IMG/VR virus record: IMGVR_UViG_3300010392_000664
Span: 1-64,000 of that record
Source of the DNA: a virus
Length of the DNA stretch: 64,000 nt
Strand: one strand, 5' to 3'
The position numbers and the translations under genes were made by a program. The notes beneath the pieces are model-generated. The model ran no database searches. It saw only the letters and a program-made list of their open reading frames with translations, and was not told the DNA's origin. Positions 55,531 to 64,000 of this stretch are shown here, piece after piece. Numbering within the stretch: the stretch's first letter is position 1; each line of letters starts with the position of its first letter.

Positions 55531-57195
55531 TTACGCAGGTGCAGTAGTGGTCAAAGCCGCCGTTGCACCTCGTTCGAGCTGACCGCCATATCGTGCCATA
55601 GCAACGACAAGCATCTCGTTTCTGCGGAGGAGGGTGTCACCCTCGGTACTCGTTCGAATGGCTAGGCCACGACGACGGTACATCCGGTAACGGGCCAAGA
55701 TTGCATAGAAAATTTGGGTATTCGCCAAACTTTCGTTAATCTTGTATGGCCGTTGCATCCATTGGTAATCATCGTAATTCATACCACCGAGGCGACGGGC
55801 ATCAGAAGCTCCAACCGGGATGGCCTTTGCTCTCTGATAAGAGGTTTCCGTTCCGCAAAAGACAGCAGTCGATTTGACATTTGCCTTATGCTCAGGTTTC
55901 GCAACACCGAACCGCAAGGATTCGTAGTTACCCAGGCTAGTTGTACCGCCCCAGGCAACCGTCGTGATACCCGACTTGTTGACAACACCTTCGGGTTGGG
56001 TCGTACCGTTACCGACCGCCACAACGTCGTCCAGGTCTTCGAGAAGCCGTTCACCGTATTGTGAGGTGATGAGTCCACCGAAGTCCAGGGGTGTGTCTGA
56101 CATGAAATCCAAACCGATTCGGACAGCACCTTCCCAACGATAGATGGTAGTGTCAAATGCCGAAACATAGTTTGTGGTGTCAAACAATGAAATCGACGTG
56201 TCATCAACACCGCCCCAAGAAGCAGTGATGTTGCTGACTTCAACACCTTCAATCCGACGACCACGATCCAACGGAATTGTGTTGACAAGCGGGAACAACT
56301 CACCATAAAGCAGGGGAGTTTGAATCACCATGTCATCAAAAACAATAGGAGCAGCTTCAAGACCACCAGATGCAGCATCGTCGATAAGAGCTTTAATGCC
56401 CGTTCCGCTGCGGCCACGATAACCCTTTGAAGTCATCGATTTGTAGTCTTCCGACGAATCCCATTGTTCTTCAAGGGCAAGGTAAGTCAGCAGATTCTTT
56501 TCATGATCTGACAACATTTCCCAAGCCCGGACTGCGGTTCCCGCAATATTCGGTGCCGCTGCAGCAATCTGCAACTTAGCAAATGCACCGGCGAGTGCCT
56601 TATCCCGGTCAGAAGGACTGTACAAGGTACGCCCAAGATCGGTGACAGGCATTCCTGCCAATTGATTACGATGACCACTCTTTGTGGCTTCCGGGTACTT
56701 CAACACAGATTTCTCTGTTGAGTACCGCTCAGCCGCCGATTTCACTCGGATAGTGGAATCATCGGAATCCTTCTCAGTGGAATTTCCTGCATTTGCCATG
56801 ACAGCTTTTTCCAACTCACTCGGTTTCTTTTCTTTTTCGCCATCCGGAGTTTCCGACTTCTCGGAGGTTTCCTTGGCACTCTTTTCTTCATCACCCGCAG
56901 GTTCTTCAACGGCATGCTTTTCAACAACCGTTTCGGCGGTTTTTTGACCGTCGATGATGGTTTGTTTCAAGTCACCGACAACGGACACAAGATCCGTCAT
57001 TGCCTTGGTGAACTCATTCGGAGCTTCATCAGAAGCGTCCTTTGTGAGATCATTCAAAATATCCAAAGTAAGATCACTTTCTTCGGATACCAGGGCTTCG
57101 GCTACCGCCTTGCGGAATTCTTCGTCAGTCGAGTTTGCCTTAACTTGGCAGTTATCGACCAGCCACTTCTTCAGCTTCGCAGTCAATTTAAACAT
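55531..57195 (-). CDS. major capsid protein (HK97 fold) with long N-terminal scaffold-like region
   Basis: SGGLEAAP, GNGTTQPEGV, ARYGG; follows the protease. Confidence 0.88.
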   Translation of the reverse strand: MFKLTAKLKKWLVDNCQVKANSTDEEFRKAVAEALVSEESDLTLDILNDLTKDASDEAPNEFTKAMTDLVSVVGDLKQTIIDGQKTAETVVEKHAVEEPAGDEEKSAKETSEKSETPDGEKEKKPSELEKAVMANAGNSTEKDSDDSTIRVKSAAERYSTEKSVLKYPEATKSGHRNQLAGMPVTDLGRTLYSPSDRDKALAGAFAKLQIAAAAPNIAGTAVRAWEMLSDHEKNLLTYLALEEQWDSSEDYKSMTSKGYRGRSGTGIKALIDDAASGGLEAAPIVFDDMVIQTPLLYGELFPLVNTIPLDRGRRIEGVEVSNITASWGGVDDTSISLFDTTNYVSAFDTTIYRWEGAVRIGLDFMSDTPLDFGGLITSQYGERLLEDLDDVVAVGNGTTQPEGVVNKSGITTVAWGGTTSLGNYESLRFGVAKPEHKANVKSTAVFCGTETSYQRAKAIPVGASDARRLGGMNYDDYQWMQRPYKINESLANTQIFYAILARYRMYRRRGLAIRTSTEGDTLLRRNEMLVVAMARYGGQLERGATAALTTTAPA

Positions 57196-57273
57196 TTTTA
57201 CTCCTAATCATCTGCGACCGCATCAAATACTGCCATGCATACGAGACCGACCCGTTGCCATGACTTCGAACTA

Positions 57274-58740
57274 TCAGTTCATCAACTCTTTGAACTTTTT
57301 AGTTCGTTCAGTCCTTTCATCAATTTCTTGGAATGCCTTCAGGGAATCCAGTAATTTGCTCCGCTGCCCCCTGTCAGCATAAGCCAGAATTGTTTTCATT
57401 GCTGCTTCAACGCCATTACTTTCGGCTTGCTTGCGAGCTTCAGCAAGTTTCTTAAGATGCTGGAACAGGCTTTTATCTTCTATCTTAGTTGTCGTGGAAA
57501 CATTAACCTCAGTTGGTGTCCCGGTTAGTTTGGGACTGCCGTCTTTATACTTCCAACCAACTCGAATGAAGTTTTCTTTATAACCATCATCATATTCTTC
57601 ATACATGATGATTACGTTTTTCTGAAATGTACCAACAACATGGCAATAACAATAATCATCCATATCGATGTCATTTTCATCCAGATAACCCTTAACCTGA
57701 GAATTCAAATCATCTCGAATGGCCTCGTAACTACCATCAATTGCCGACGAATAAAAACCTTTCTCGGAAATGACCAGATCTTTTTCTTCGGTCACTTCTT
57801 GGTTTTTGGTGTCATTGATTTTGGTTTCGACCGCATTGGTTTCTTTTGGTGAGCTACCTCCGCAGGAACATCCTTTACTTCCGGTTTCAGTTTTTGATTC
57901 GGATTTTGCTTTTTCGTCATCTTTGTTTTCCTTGGCAAGCACTAAAGTTTCCGGCACGACGAAGGTCTTGTCACGACGGTCCCGGATGCCTTGGCCCACA
58001 CTTTTCATGATTCCAGATGTAAGTTTACCGCCTTCAACCAACGAAAGCAGAACCTCTTCAACCACCGCATCAGCATTCGCCGGTACGGAAACAACGGATT
58101 CCTCAATGATGGCATACTTTTTGATGTCAAATCCACCAGCCATCCCATACTCGTCTTCATCTTTTAGCTGGCTGAATTCTAAAGCACTGAATCCGTGAGA
58201 AAACCTACCCATGTCATTGTCAACCATGACGGCAGCGTCTTTTGCCACGTCATTGATATCCACAATGGCCGAGTAAAGCGACAAACTTTTAGAAGTATGG
58301 CTTGCAACCCCCAACATTTTGCCAATCGGCAAAGTATGGATATGTTGCCACAACAGCAACATTTTAGGATCAAGAACAGCACCATCTGTTCTTAGAATAT
58401 CACCATCTCGATCCTTTGTTGACGTTGTCAAAACATGTTTGATCACCATCAATGTATTTTTAGGAAGTTCAATGGAAAGACCATCTTGTGAAATGATATC
58501 CTTTCCCTTATCTTCCACAACCATTTCATCATTGCTGTAGGTCAATGTTTCCGATGCCTTTTTGAGAACATCAGAAAAACTGACATTTGATTTAGATGCA
58601 AATTTATAACATGCATCTAAACCAACGCACGACTCAACAGTCTTGACGTAACGATCTGCCGTAAGGATGCCGCGATTGAACTCAGTGTTCTTAGCACCGC
58701 GTTCTTTCAGCAACTTAAGCAGTAGCTCATTTGGATCCAT
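57274..58740 (-). CDS. prohead maturation protease (HK97 type) with C-terminal extension
   Basis: DRDGDIL, LLWQH...PIG, FSHGF, EESVVSVPAN. Confidence 0.88.
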   Translation of the reverse strand: MDPNELLLKLLKERGAKNTEFNRGILTADRYVKTVESCVGLDACYKFASKSNVSFSDVLKKASETLTYSNDEMVVEDKGKDIISQDGLSIELPKNTLMVIKHVLTTSTKDRDGDILRTDGAVLDPKMLLLWQHIHTLPIGKMLGVASHTSKSLSLYSAIVDINDVAKDAAVMVDNDMGRFSHGFSALEFSQLKDEDEYGMAGGFDIKKYAIIEESVVSVPANADAVVEEVLLSLVEGGKLTSGIMKSVGQGIRDRRDKTFVVPETLVLAKENKDDEKAKSESKTETGSKGCSCGGSSPKETNAVETKINDTKNQEVTEEKDLVISEKGFYSSAIDGSYEAIRDDLNSQVKGYLDENDIDMDDYCYCHVVGTFQKNVIIMYEEYDDGYKENFIRVGWKYKDGSPKLTGTPTEVNVSTTTKIEDKSLFQHLKKLAEARKQAESNGVEAAMKTILAYADRGQRSKLLDSLKAFQEIDERTERTKKFKELMN

Positions 58741-58741
58741 A

Positions 58742-59053
58742 TCAGATAGTCCGTCCAAAGTACTGAATATTTAGTTTAGTGTCACCGGCACTCTGACAGA
58801 ATTTAAATCCCTGCAACCATGCCCTGGTAACTTCAACATAACTACCACCAGCTTGAAGGATCATTCCACGAGAACCTCCTGGTGTCGATCCATCCAAAAC
58901 GTAGTTAATGTCACCCTCATCCTGAGCTTGGATTTGAGCAACAGTCGTTCCGTCAGGGATAGTAAGATCACTGACTGACTTCACCGCTGGGGTGTTAAGA
59001 TCAATTTGTTCATAGCCGAGGCAATTCACTATCGACTTCCTCTCGCTACACAT
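58742..59053 (-). CDS. hypothetical small beta protein, possibly virion-associated
   Basis: Head-module context; INY.LDGSTP...G..L. Confidence 0.55.
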   Translation of the reverse strand: MCSERKSIVNCLGYEQIDLNTPAVKSVSDLTIPDGTTVAQIQAQDEGDINYVLDGSTPGGSRGMILQAGGSYVEVTRAWLQGFKFCQSAGDTKLNIQYFGRTI

Positions 59054-59385
59054 GTGGCATCAATGGCAACCAGTTGGCGGATAGCTTTTCGATGACCACT
59101 TTCGATTCTTTTCATCCATGCCAAAATGGTTCCGACGGAAACTTGATCTGAGCCATCCGGCACATCAGATTGAGCTTTGTTCATGTTACGGCTAACACCT
59201 AACCGTTTCAAAGCCCGAAAGGATCCCTCTCGGATCGAACGAGCACGGTCAACTGGGCCGGTGTTGATCCATCGGATGACATTCGCAAACTTTTGCTTAT
59301 CAAGAGCAACCACCTGTTGTGCTTCTTTTTCAGTACTGGAATTATCCAGAACAGGAGTTACTTGTGGGTTTTTTCGAACTGCCAT
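59029..59385 (-). CDS. hypothetical protein
   Basis: GAGG SD; head-module context. Confidence 0.55.
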   Translation of the reverse strand: MAVRKNPQVTPVLDNSSTEKEAQQVVALDKQKFANVIRWINTGPVDRARSIREGSFRALKRLGVSRNMNKAQSDVPDGSDQVSVGTILAWMKRIESGHRKAIRQLVAIDATCVARGSR

Positions 59386-59434
59386 GTTTTCCTCATTGTT
59401 ATAAGTAATTCTAACCTGCAGTCATGCCGCTAGA

Positions 59435-59992
59435 TTACGATTGACTGCTAGAGTTACTAGATGCCGAACTGCTCGATTGACTGCTGCTCGATAACGAGGA
59501 GGATGTCGAGCTAAAGGAACTCGGTGAGCTACTCGATGGTGAGCTACTTGACGATTGAGAACTGCTCGATGTCGATTGAGAACTGCTAGAGCTTGAAGAA
59601 CTGACCGAGAAGGAACTTGTGGAGCTAACCGAACTCTGGGAACTGCTCGATTGACTACTGCTCGATTGAGAAGAGCTGGAAGAAAGATCTTCCATCGAAA
59701 GAACAGAAAGCCGATCCCCTGACGAAGGTCCAGGAAATTGCAATTCACCGGTGTGGAAATTCAAAACATCCGTAGTTGATGTTTCCCCGGAATTTAGCAC
59801 ATCAACCAATTTTGCTTGCCAGATAGTGTTACTCGGAAGAGCAACAGTGACATTTTCAACTACCCCTGCATCAGCACTATGCTGTGCTGCTGGAGCAGAA
59901 TCATCACCTGCTCGATGCATTCTTGTGATAGTCAAGGTGCGGGTAGCCAAATTGGAAGGTGCCGGTCCCAGACCAAAAGTAACATTTTTCAT
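59435..59992 (-). CDS. putative virion protein: small beta-sandwich-like domain with ~82-aa poly-serine tail
   Basis: GGAG SD; Ser tract at 59438-59683 in mixed codons. Confidence 0.75.
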   Translation of the reverse strand: MKNVTFGLGPAPSNLATRTLTITRMHRAGDDSAPAAQHSADAGVVENVTVALPSNTIWQAKLVDVLNSGETSTTDVLNFHTGELQFPGPSSGDRLSVLSMEDLSSSSSQSSSSQSSSSQSSVSSTSSFSVSSSSSSSSQSTSSSSQSSSSSPSSSSPSSFSSTSSSLSSSSQSSSSASSNSSSQS

Positions 59993-60011
59993 TTCTGACT
60001 TCTCCAAGTGA

Positions 60012-60126
60012 AAACAGCGGCAATGCCATTAGTCGTAACAAATACAACTGAAAGGCATTGCCGCTGTTTGTCTTACTTTGGCGTTGCGTTGACGCACTAT
60101 ACAAGATTAAAAAAATCAACGCAACG
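60012..60126 (-). promoter_or_regulatory. long leader hairpin and possible promoter flanked by an 11-bp inverted repeat
   Basis: 16-bp arms at 60012-60027 and 60054-60069; CGTTGCGTTGA (60082-60092) and TCAACGCAACG (60116-60126) around TTGCGT-17 bp-TATAGT. Confidence 0.55.
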
Positions 60127-60167
60127 TCTTATTTCTGGTTTTTGTATATTTTTACCAGATCTTTATT

Positions 60168-60377
60168 TTAAGAAGATCCAGGAACTTCACGCTCATCCGT
60201 AAGAACTCTGACGTGCTTTAATTCGTTAGAGTTTCCTTTAACTTCTAATCGAAGGGTGAAATCAGATCCTTTATTCATTGCTGCACAAAAGAATTCGTCA
60301 AACTCTCTCATTTTCATGATAAAAAGTTTCAGGGCAGCTTGGTCAAGAATATCTTGAAATGTTGCTTTGTTATTCAA
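60168..60377 (-). CDS. hypothetical protein
   Basis: ORF in operon context. Confidence 0.5.
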   Translation of the reverse strand: MNNKATFQDILDQAALKLFIMKMREFDEFFCAAMNKGSDFTLRLEVKGNSNELKHVRVLTDEREVPGSS

Positions 60378-60802
60378 CTGTCACCCCATTTTGCTAATAT
60401 CTCAACATCTTTGCCCGCCCACATTTTGATATAGTCCAGCGTAGATTTTTGCACGGCTAAACTAGTATTTCTGAACGACCGAATAAATAATTTGTCTCCG
60501 GGAACAAAGATGACTTTTCTCAAACTAATATTCGCAACACCACTCACAGTAGAGGGCATCTGAGCATGCTCCTTACCGCACAACAATTCTTCATCATCTA
60601 CACCAATTCTCCGCATTCGATAATCAAGACAATTTACTATCAAAATCCGAAGTTCCGCACCGGAGAACTTTTCAATGGACCGACGGATTTTAAATGCATT
60701 GCTGGGAGGCATGTCATCTACTGCACGAACTAAAACTCGATCACCAGGGTCGAACTTGACTCGTTCAGTATGGACATTTTCTATATGGGGAATTGCTGGC
60801 AT
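60374..60802 (-). CDS. hypothetical protein with an internal duplication (F.PGD..W/F.G..)
   Basis: VKFDPGDRV and VIFVPGDKL repeats. Confidence 0.6.
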   Translation of the reverse strand: MPAIPHIENVHTERVKFDPGDRVLVRAVDDMPPSNAFKIRRSIEKFSGAELRILIVNCLDYRMRRIGVDDEELLCGKEHAQMPSTVSGVANISLRKVIFVPGDKLFIRSFRNTSLAVQKSTLDYIKMWAGKDVEILAKWGDS

Positions 60803-60809
60803 TGTTCAC

Positions 60810-61118
60810 CTAAAAGATTTTTTGAATTGGTTGATTTCTCAAACTTGAGTTAATGTCAAGGGTCCATTGAGCTATCCGTTTCAACGCCTTAGCTTCATCT
60901 TCTGTATGCCGCCTGTCTCCTAGTTTATGTCTAGTAATTACAGCATTCCATAATTCGAAGTCAGCCTTGATAGTTAGTTCTGGGATCAATTGGGTTCCAT
61001 GTATTCTTTTATGCAATTGAAAAACAGACTGCAGTCTAGGATAAATTGCATTAATGAATTCCAATGTCGCTTCATCGGAATCTCGTAGAATATTAGCGTG
61101 CCTGTTGTCTTTTGTCAT
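60810..61118 (-). CDS. hypothetical protein
   Basis: ORF in operon context. Confidence 0.55.
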   Translation of the reverse strand: MTKDNRHANILRDSDEATLEFINAIYPRLQSVFQLHKRIHGTQLIPELTIKADFELWNAVITRHKLGDRRHTEDEAKALKRIAQWTLDINSSLRNQPIQKIF

Positions 61119-62218
61119 GCTTCTAATTCTTCCGTCGTTCTTAAAGAGTGTTCCTCAATTAATTGATTTGCAGTATCACTTGTCATTCCGAACATGGTCA
61201 TAACAGTGCATAAACAATTCACGCGATCTTCTGCAGGCAGGTTAACATCTGCGGGCCATCGAACCATTACTCCGTTAAGATTCCACAAACCCTCCCCATC
61301 TTCCGGCACACCATCTAAATCAGCATGAGCGTCCCTTGTAGTATCGGCCAACACCGACAACCAACCACGACGAATATTGCGTTGCTGGGCCGTATCTACG
61401 ATCACCTGATTGATTGCCCTAGTACGGGCCGCATTTAGGGCGTGTCCGCTCTCTGTGCGGGCTATCCGGCGACCTCTCCGTTTACCGTAGATTCCTTCTT
61501 CCACAAGATTCGGGACCATGTTTTTAGCCATCGTTTCGATCGACTGGCCCTTAGCTATCCCATCTCGCAAATACTGCTCAATATCACCCGTTGTAGTTTT
61601 ATTAACATCTTCCCAATACGGTTGACTGAATGTTTCAGTCAGGCGGGATTGAATTTCTTCCTGCATCCAATTGGGGTACTCGGTTGAAAGCAATATATTC
61701 ACTGTTCCTAAAACAGATGCTAAGGTAATGAGTTTGGTATCTTCATCTTCAACCTCACCCTCAGTCAATTGCTGCAGTAACAATTCAGATGCAGTTGACA
61801 ATTTCGTTCTGTCAAATCCTTTAGAGGAATCCATAGAAGTAAGCAAAGTTTGCACCCGCATGACTTCTATAGAAGTGTTGATCCAAAATGGAACAATCAA
61901 TTCCAATAATTCTTGATTCCAATCCACCGAAGTGTGTATTTGATCCGCGAGACGGGTAGCTTGGTCATCCGTAGTGAATCCCTTAGATCCCGACATTTCG
62001 CTTAATCGAATGGAGGCGGATTCAATTTGCTTATTAAAAAACGGTTCTAGTAAATTTGACAGTGAACCGAACTTTTCGATTTGATTAGTGTTGATTTCTT
62101 TATAAACAGTTTTGCGAACATCTTCCGCCTGAAATTGACTTTTTAAGTCAATGACACATTTAGCCACATTTAACATTTTTGTGGCTACTTCTATCTTGTT
62201 GTCAATATGCAGAACCAT
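61115..62218 (-). CDS. Mu gpF / SPP1 gp7-like minor head protein
   Basis: RIARTE, W....D..TRDAH..LDG, NCLC. Confidence 0.88.
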   Translation of the reverse strand: MVLHIDNKIEVATKMLNVAKCVIDLKSQFQAEDVRKTVYKEINTNQIEKFGSLSNLLEPFFNKQIESASIRLSEMSGSKGFTTDDQATRLADQIHTSVDWNQELLELIVPFWINTSIEVMRVQTLLTSMDSSKGFDRTKLSTASELLLQQLTEGEVEDEDTKLITLASVLGTVNILLSTEYPNWMQEEIQSRLTETFSQPYWEDVNKTTTGDIEQYLRDGIAKGQSIETMAKNMVPNLVEEGIYGKRRGRRIARTESGHALNAARTRAINQVIVDTAQQRNIRRGWLSVLADTTRDAHADLDGVPEDGEGLWNLNGVMVRWPADVNLPAEDRVNCLCTVMTMFGMTSDTANQLIEEHSLRTTEELEA

Positions 62219-63879
62219 TATTTAGATTCTAATAACAGGGCAGGTGGTTTTTCTTCCTGCAGCCCACCTTTTGACAAGACGGATTCTATCAAACTCTGTG
62301 GAGTTTCAATAAGAGCATCTACCGACAGCTTCAGAGCTTTGGCCGCATCATCCAATGCTTGATCTTCTGGTGAGGGTGGGTCACCCTCACTTGGCGGAAA
62401 TCCTCCTTGGTCTTGCGGAGGATCTTGTTCAATTTTGTCACCGGCGATTTGATTTGCGAGATCATCGGGCAACCCCAATCCGATTAGAATACCACGACCT
62501 TGTTCTACGGAAATCGTGCCTTCAGCCACAGCTTCAGCAGCATTCACTACTCCATGAATGTTTTGCTTTGAGATATAAGCCTCATTACCATCAACATCAG
62601 GAGGCAGGCCCATAAAAGCTCTGAATTCATTTTGTGTGATGTCACCACGATCCCTTGCTTTCTCGTACATGGTTTTTTCCATGCTGGGATCTGTTGCAAC
62701 GCACGGCTCTGACCATACCCGGTACTTTTCCTGCACTTTATTTGTTTGCGATTTATTAGCAAACCCGGTGAGGATAATCCCCAGCATGTCAAGAAAAGCA
62801 TTCACTCTTTGGCAAAAGCGATCCTGAACCACAAACGCCTGAGCATAACTACCGGCCATTTCTTCACCCAAGATAAATGGATGAACTCCAAAAGCCGACA
62901 AAATTCTGGATCGGATTGCCTTTTCTGACTTTTCCCACCCCATTTCATTCTGGGTAGCCGACAGACGTTCGATTTTGTCAATATACCCATCAATGATAGC
63001 CGGATTGCCATAATCAGCTACTCCCTTACTGACTCGGCCAATAGCTCCATGAACCTGCCTACGTTGGGCAGCAGTCAACCGAGGCCGGATACCTGCCGGG
63101 ACGTCGGGGTGAGGATTTGTTCCCATTGTGATAATGACAGACGGGAACACACCATTTTCAAAAAACACCTTTTGTGAATTTTGAATATGATCATCAATAC
63201 TGATAGCGTTGTTTTGTGAATGGGCAGGTGCCATTGCTTTAGTGACATCCGACGGATCCGGTATGTAGGCAAATCCTACCTGATCCCTACTGAATGGTTC
63301 AGCGTTATATGATTTTGAAGGGTCATTTGGATTCACAATCTTAAATTCAGAGAATGCACCTTTCTCATGAATAGGCTGTACCCAGGTAGTGGGCAACGAA
63401 AACATTTCAAACTTACCTTCACCATTCTCACCACCAAAGATGTAACTCCATCCGGTAAGATTTAAATTGGCAATGAAATTATAAACGAATTGCCATTTGC
63501 CCTGAATGGCATTCGGTTGACTTAATGCATCCAAAAAAGGATGATCAACAATAACCTCTTCCTCGTTCAAAGCTGATTTATGGGAAACCGACTTTGATGA
63601 AGTCCATTGCTTCTTATCAGTTTTTGAATTCATTTTAGACATTACAATGGACTTAGAAGCACCCTCCATTGCAATAGCATTCACTGCCGCATGCACCCAA
63701 CCCCTGAAAAGAGCATACCGTTGCCTGTTACCGGATTGGCTTTGCATACCAGCAGTTAAAGAACCGGTCCCTAGATCGAAATCAAAGGAACCGGCTTGTT
63801 TCATTCTCAAAGCCTGCTCATACGTTGATCGTGAACGGGCTTTAGACCGAGCTAAAGATTTTGTCAAAGCACTAGCCAT
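62218..63879 (-). CDS. portal protein (HK97 family)
   Basis: HPFLDAL..PN, LTGWSY, FFENG.FP, ILSAFGVHP..LG, ITQNEFR..GLPP. Confidence 0.9.
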   Translation of the reverse strand: MASALTKSLARSKARSRSTYEQALRMKQAGSFDFDLGTGSLTAGMQSQSGNRQRYALFRGWVHAAVNAIAMEGASKSIVMSKMNSKTDKKQWTSSKSVSHKSALNEEEVIVDHPFLDALSQPNAIQGKWQFVYNFIANLNLTGWSYIFGGENGEGKFEMFSLPTTWVQPIHEKGAFSEFKIVNPNDPSKSYNAEPFSRDQVGFAYIPDPSDVTKAMAPAHSQNNAISIDDHIQNSQKVFFENGVFPSVIITMGTNPHPDVPAGIRPRLTAAQRRQVHGAIGRVSKGVADYGNPAIIDGYIDKIERLSATQNEMGWEKSEKAIRSRILSAFGVHPFILGEEMAGSYAQAFVVQDRFCQRVNAFLDMLGIILTGFANKSQTNKVQEKYRVWSEPCVATDPSMEKTMYEKARDRGDITQNEFRAFMGLPPDVDGNEAYISKQNIHGVVNAAEAVAEGTISVEQGRGILIGLGLPDDLANQIAGDKIEQDPPQDQGGFPPSEGDPPSPEDQALDDAAKALKLSVDALIETPQSLIESVLSKGGLQEEKPPALLLESK

Positions 63880-64000
63880 TTAATCATTCCGGCCTAGAGT
63901 GTGATGATCCCACGGCAACTGCACGTGCTATTTCGATAGCACTTTCAGCATCAAACCTATCAAGTAAAACTTGATTAGCTGATATTAATCCGGGGATTGT

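Noticed and set aside
59422-59748. Alternative-frame Arg/Val/Ala-rich ORFs over the poly-Ser tracts (also 53088-53294)
   Set aside because: By-products of Ser codon runs; the Ser frame is continuous with the upstream domain and has an SD.
1-64000. Stop-codon reassignment, integrase/att site, lysis cassette, reverse transcriptase/DGR
   Set aside because: Genes are full length under code 11 with all three stops used, and no such genes are recognisable here. They may lie outside the window.

Overview
This is a 64-kb segment of a tailed dsDNA phage (Caudoviricetes, HK97-type head, probably siphovirus-like tail). It is densely coded and essentially all real genes are on the minus strand. In transcription order (right to left) the modules are: (1) portal, gpF/gp7-like head protein, prohead protease, major capsid, tail completion/terminator/tube, tail chaperones with a -1 frameshift, tape measure and tail-tip proteins; (2) a ~9-kb glycan-modification cluster (Maf/DUF115-like transferase, three GT-A glycosyltransferase-like genes, KdsB-like CMP-sugar synthetase, sulfotransferase, four SAM methyltransferases); (3) early/regulatory genes (sigma factor, SNF2 helicase, primase, HARE-HTH, DUF932, Tad1-like sponge, ProQ/FinO); (4) a self-contained replisome and recombination module (initiator with internal iterons, DnaB, beta clamp, split PolA, DnaX, SSB, RecA, CsrA, 5'-3' exonuclease, RuvC, split SbcC plus SbcD); (5) terminase subunits. 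CsrA and HARE-HTH sequence styles suggest a Planctomycetota host (inference). The most notable observations are a candidate virion O-glycosylation system (long poly-serine tails on virion-module proteins beside a CMP-sugar/Maf-type glycosylation cluster), three non-canonical tRNA-mimic RNAs (one with two T-arms), a ProQ/FinO gene behind a terminator-ended leader RNA at the head of the replication operon, a recurrent GFF terminal motif on DNA enzymes, and a TerS carrying an HNH domain nested in a DnaJ-type zinc finger. No integrase, lysis cassette, CRISPR array or canonical tRNA was seen. All family assignments come from motif recognition by eye, not database searches.
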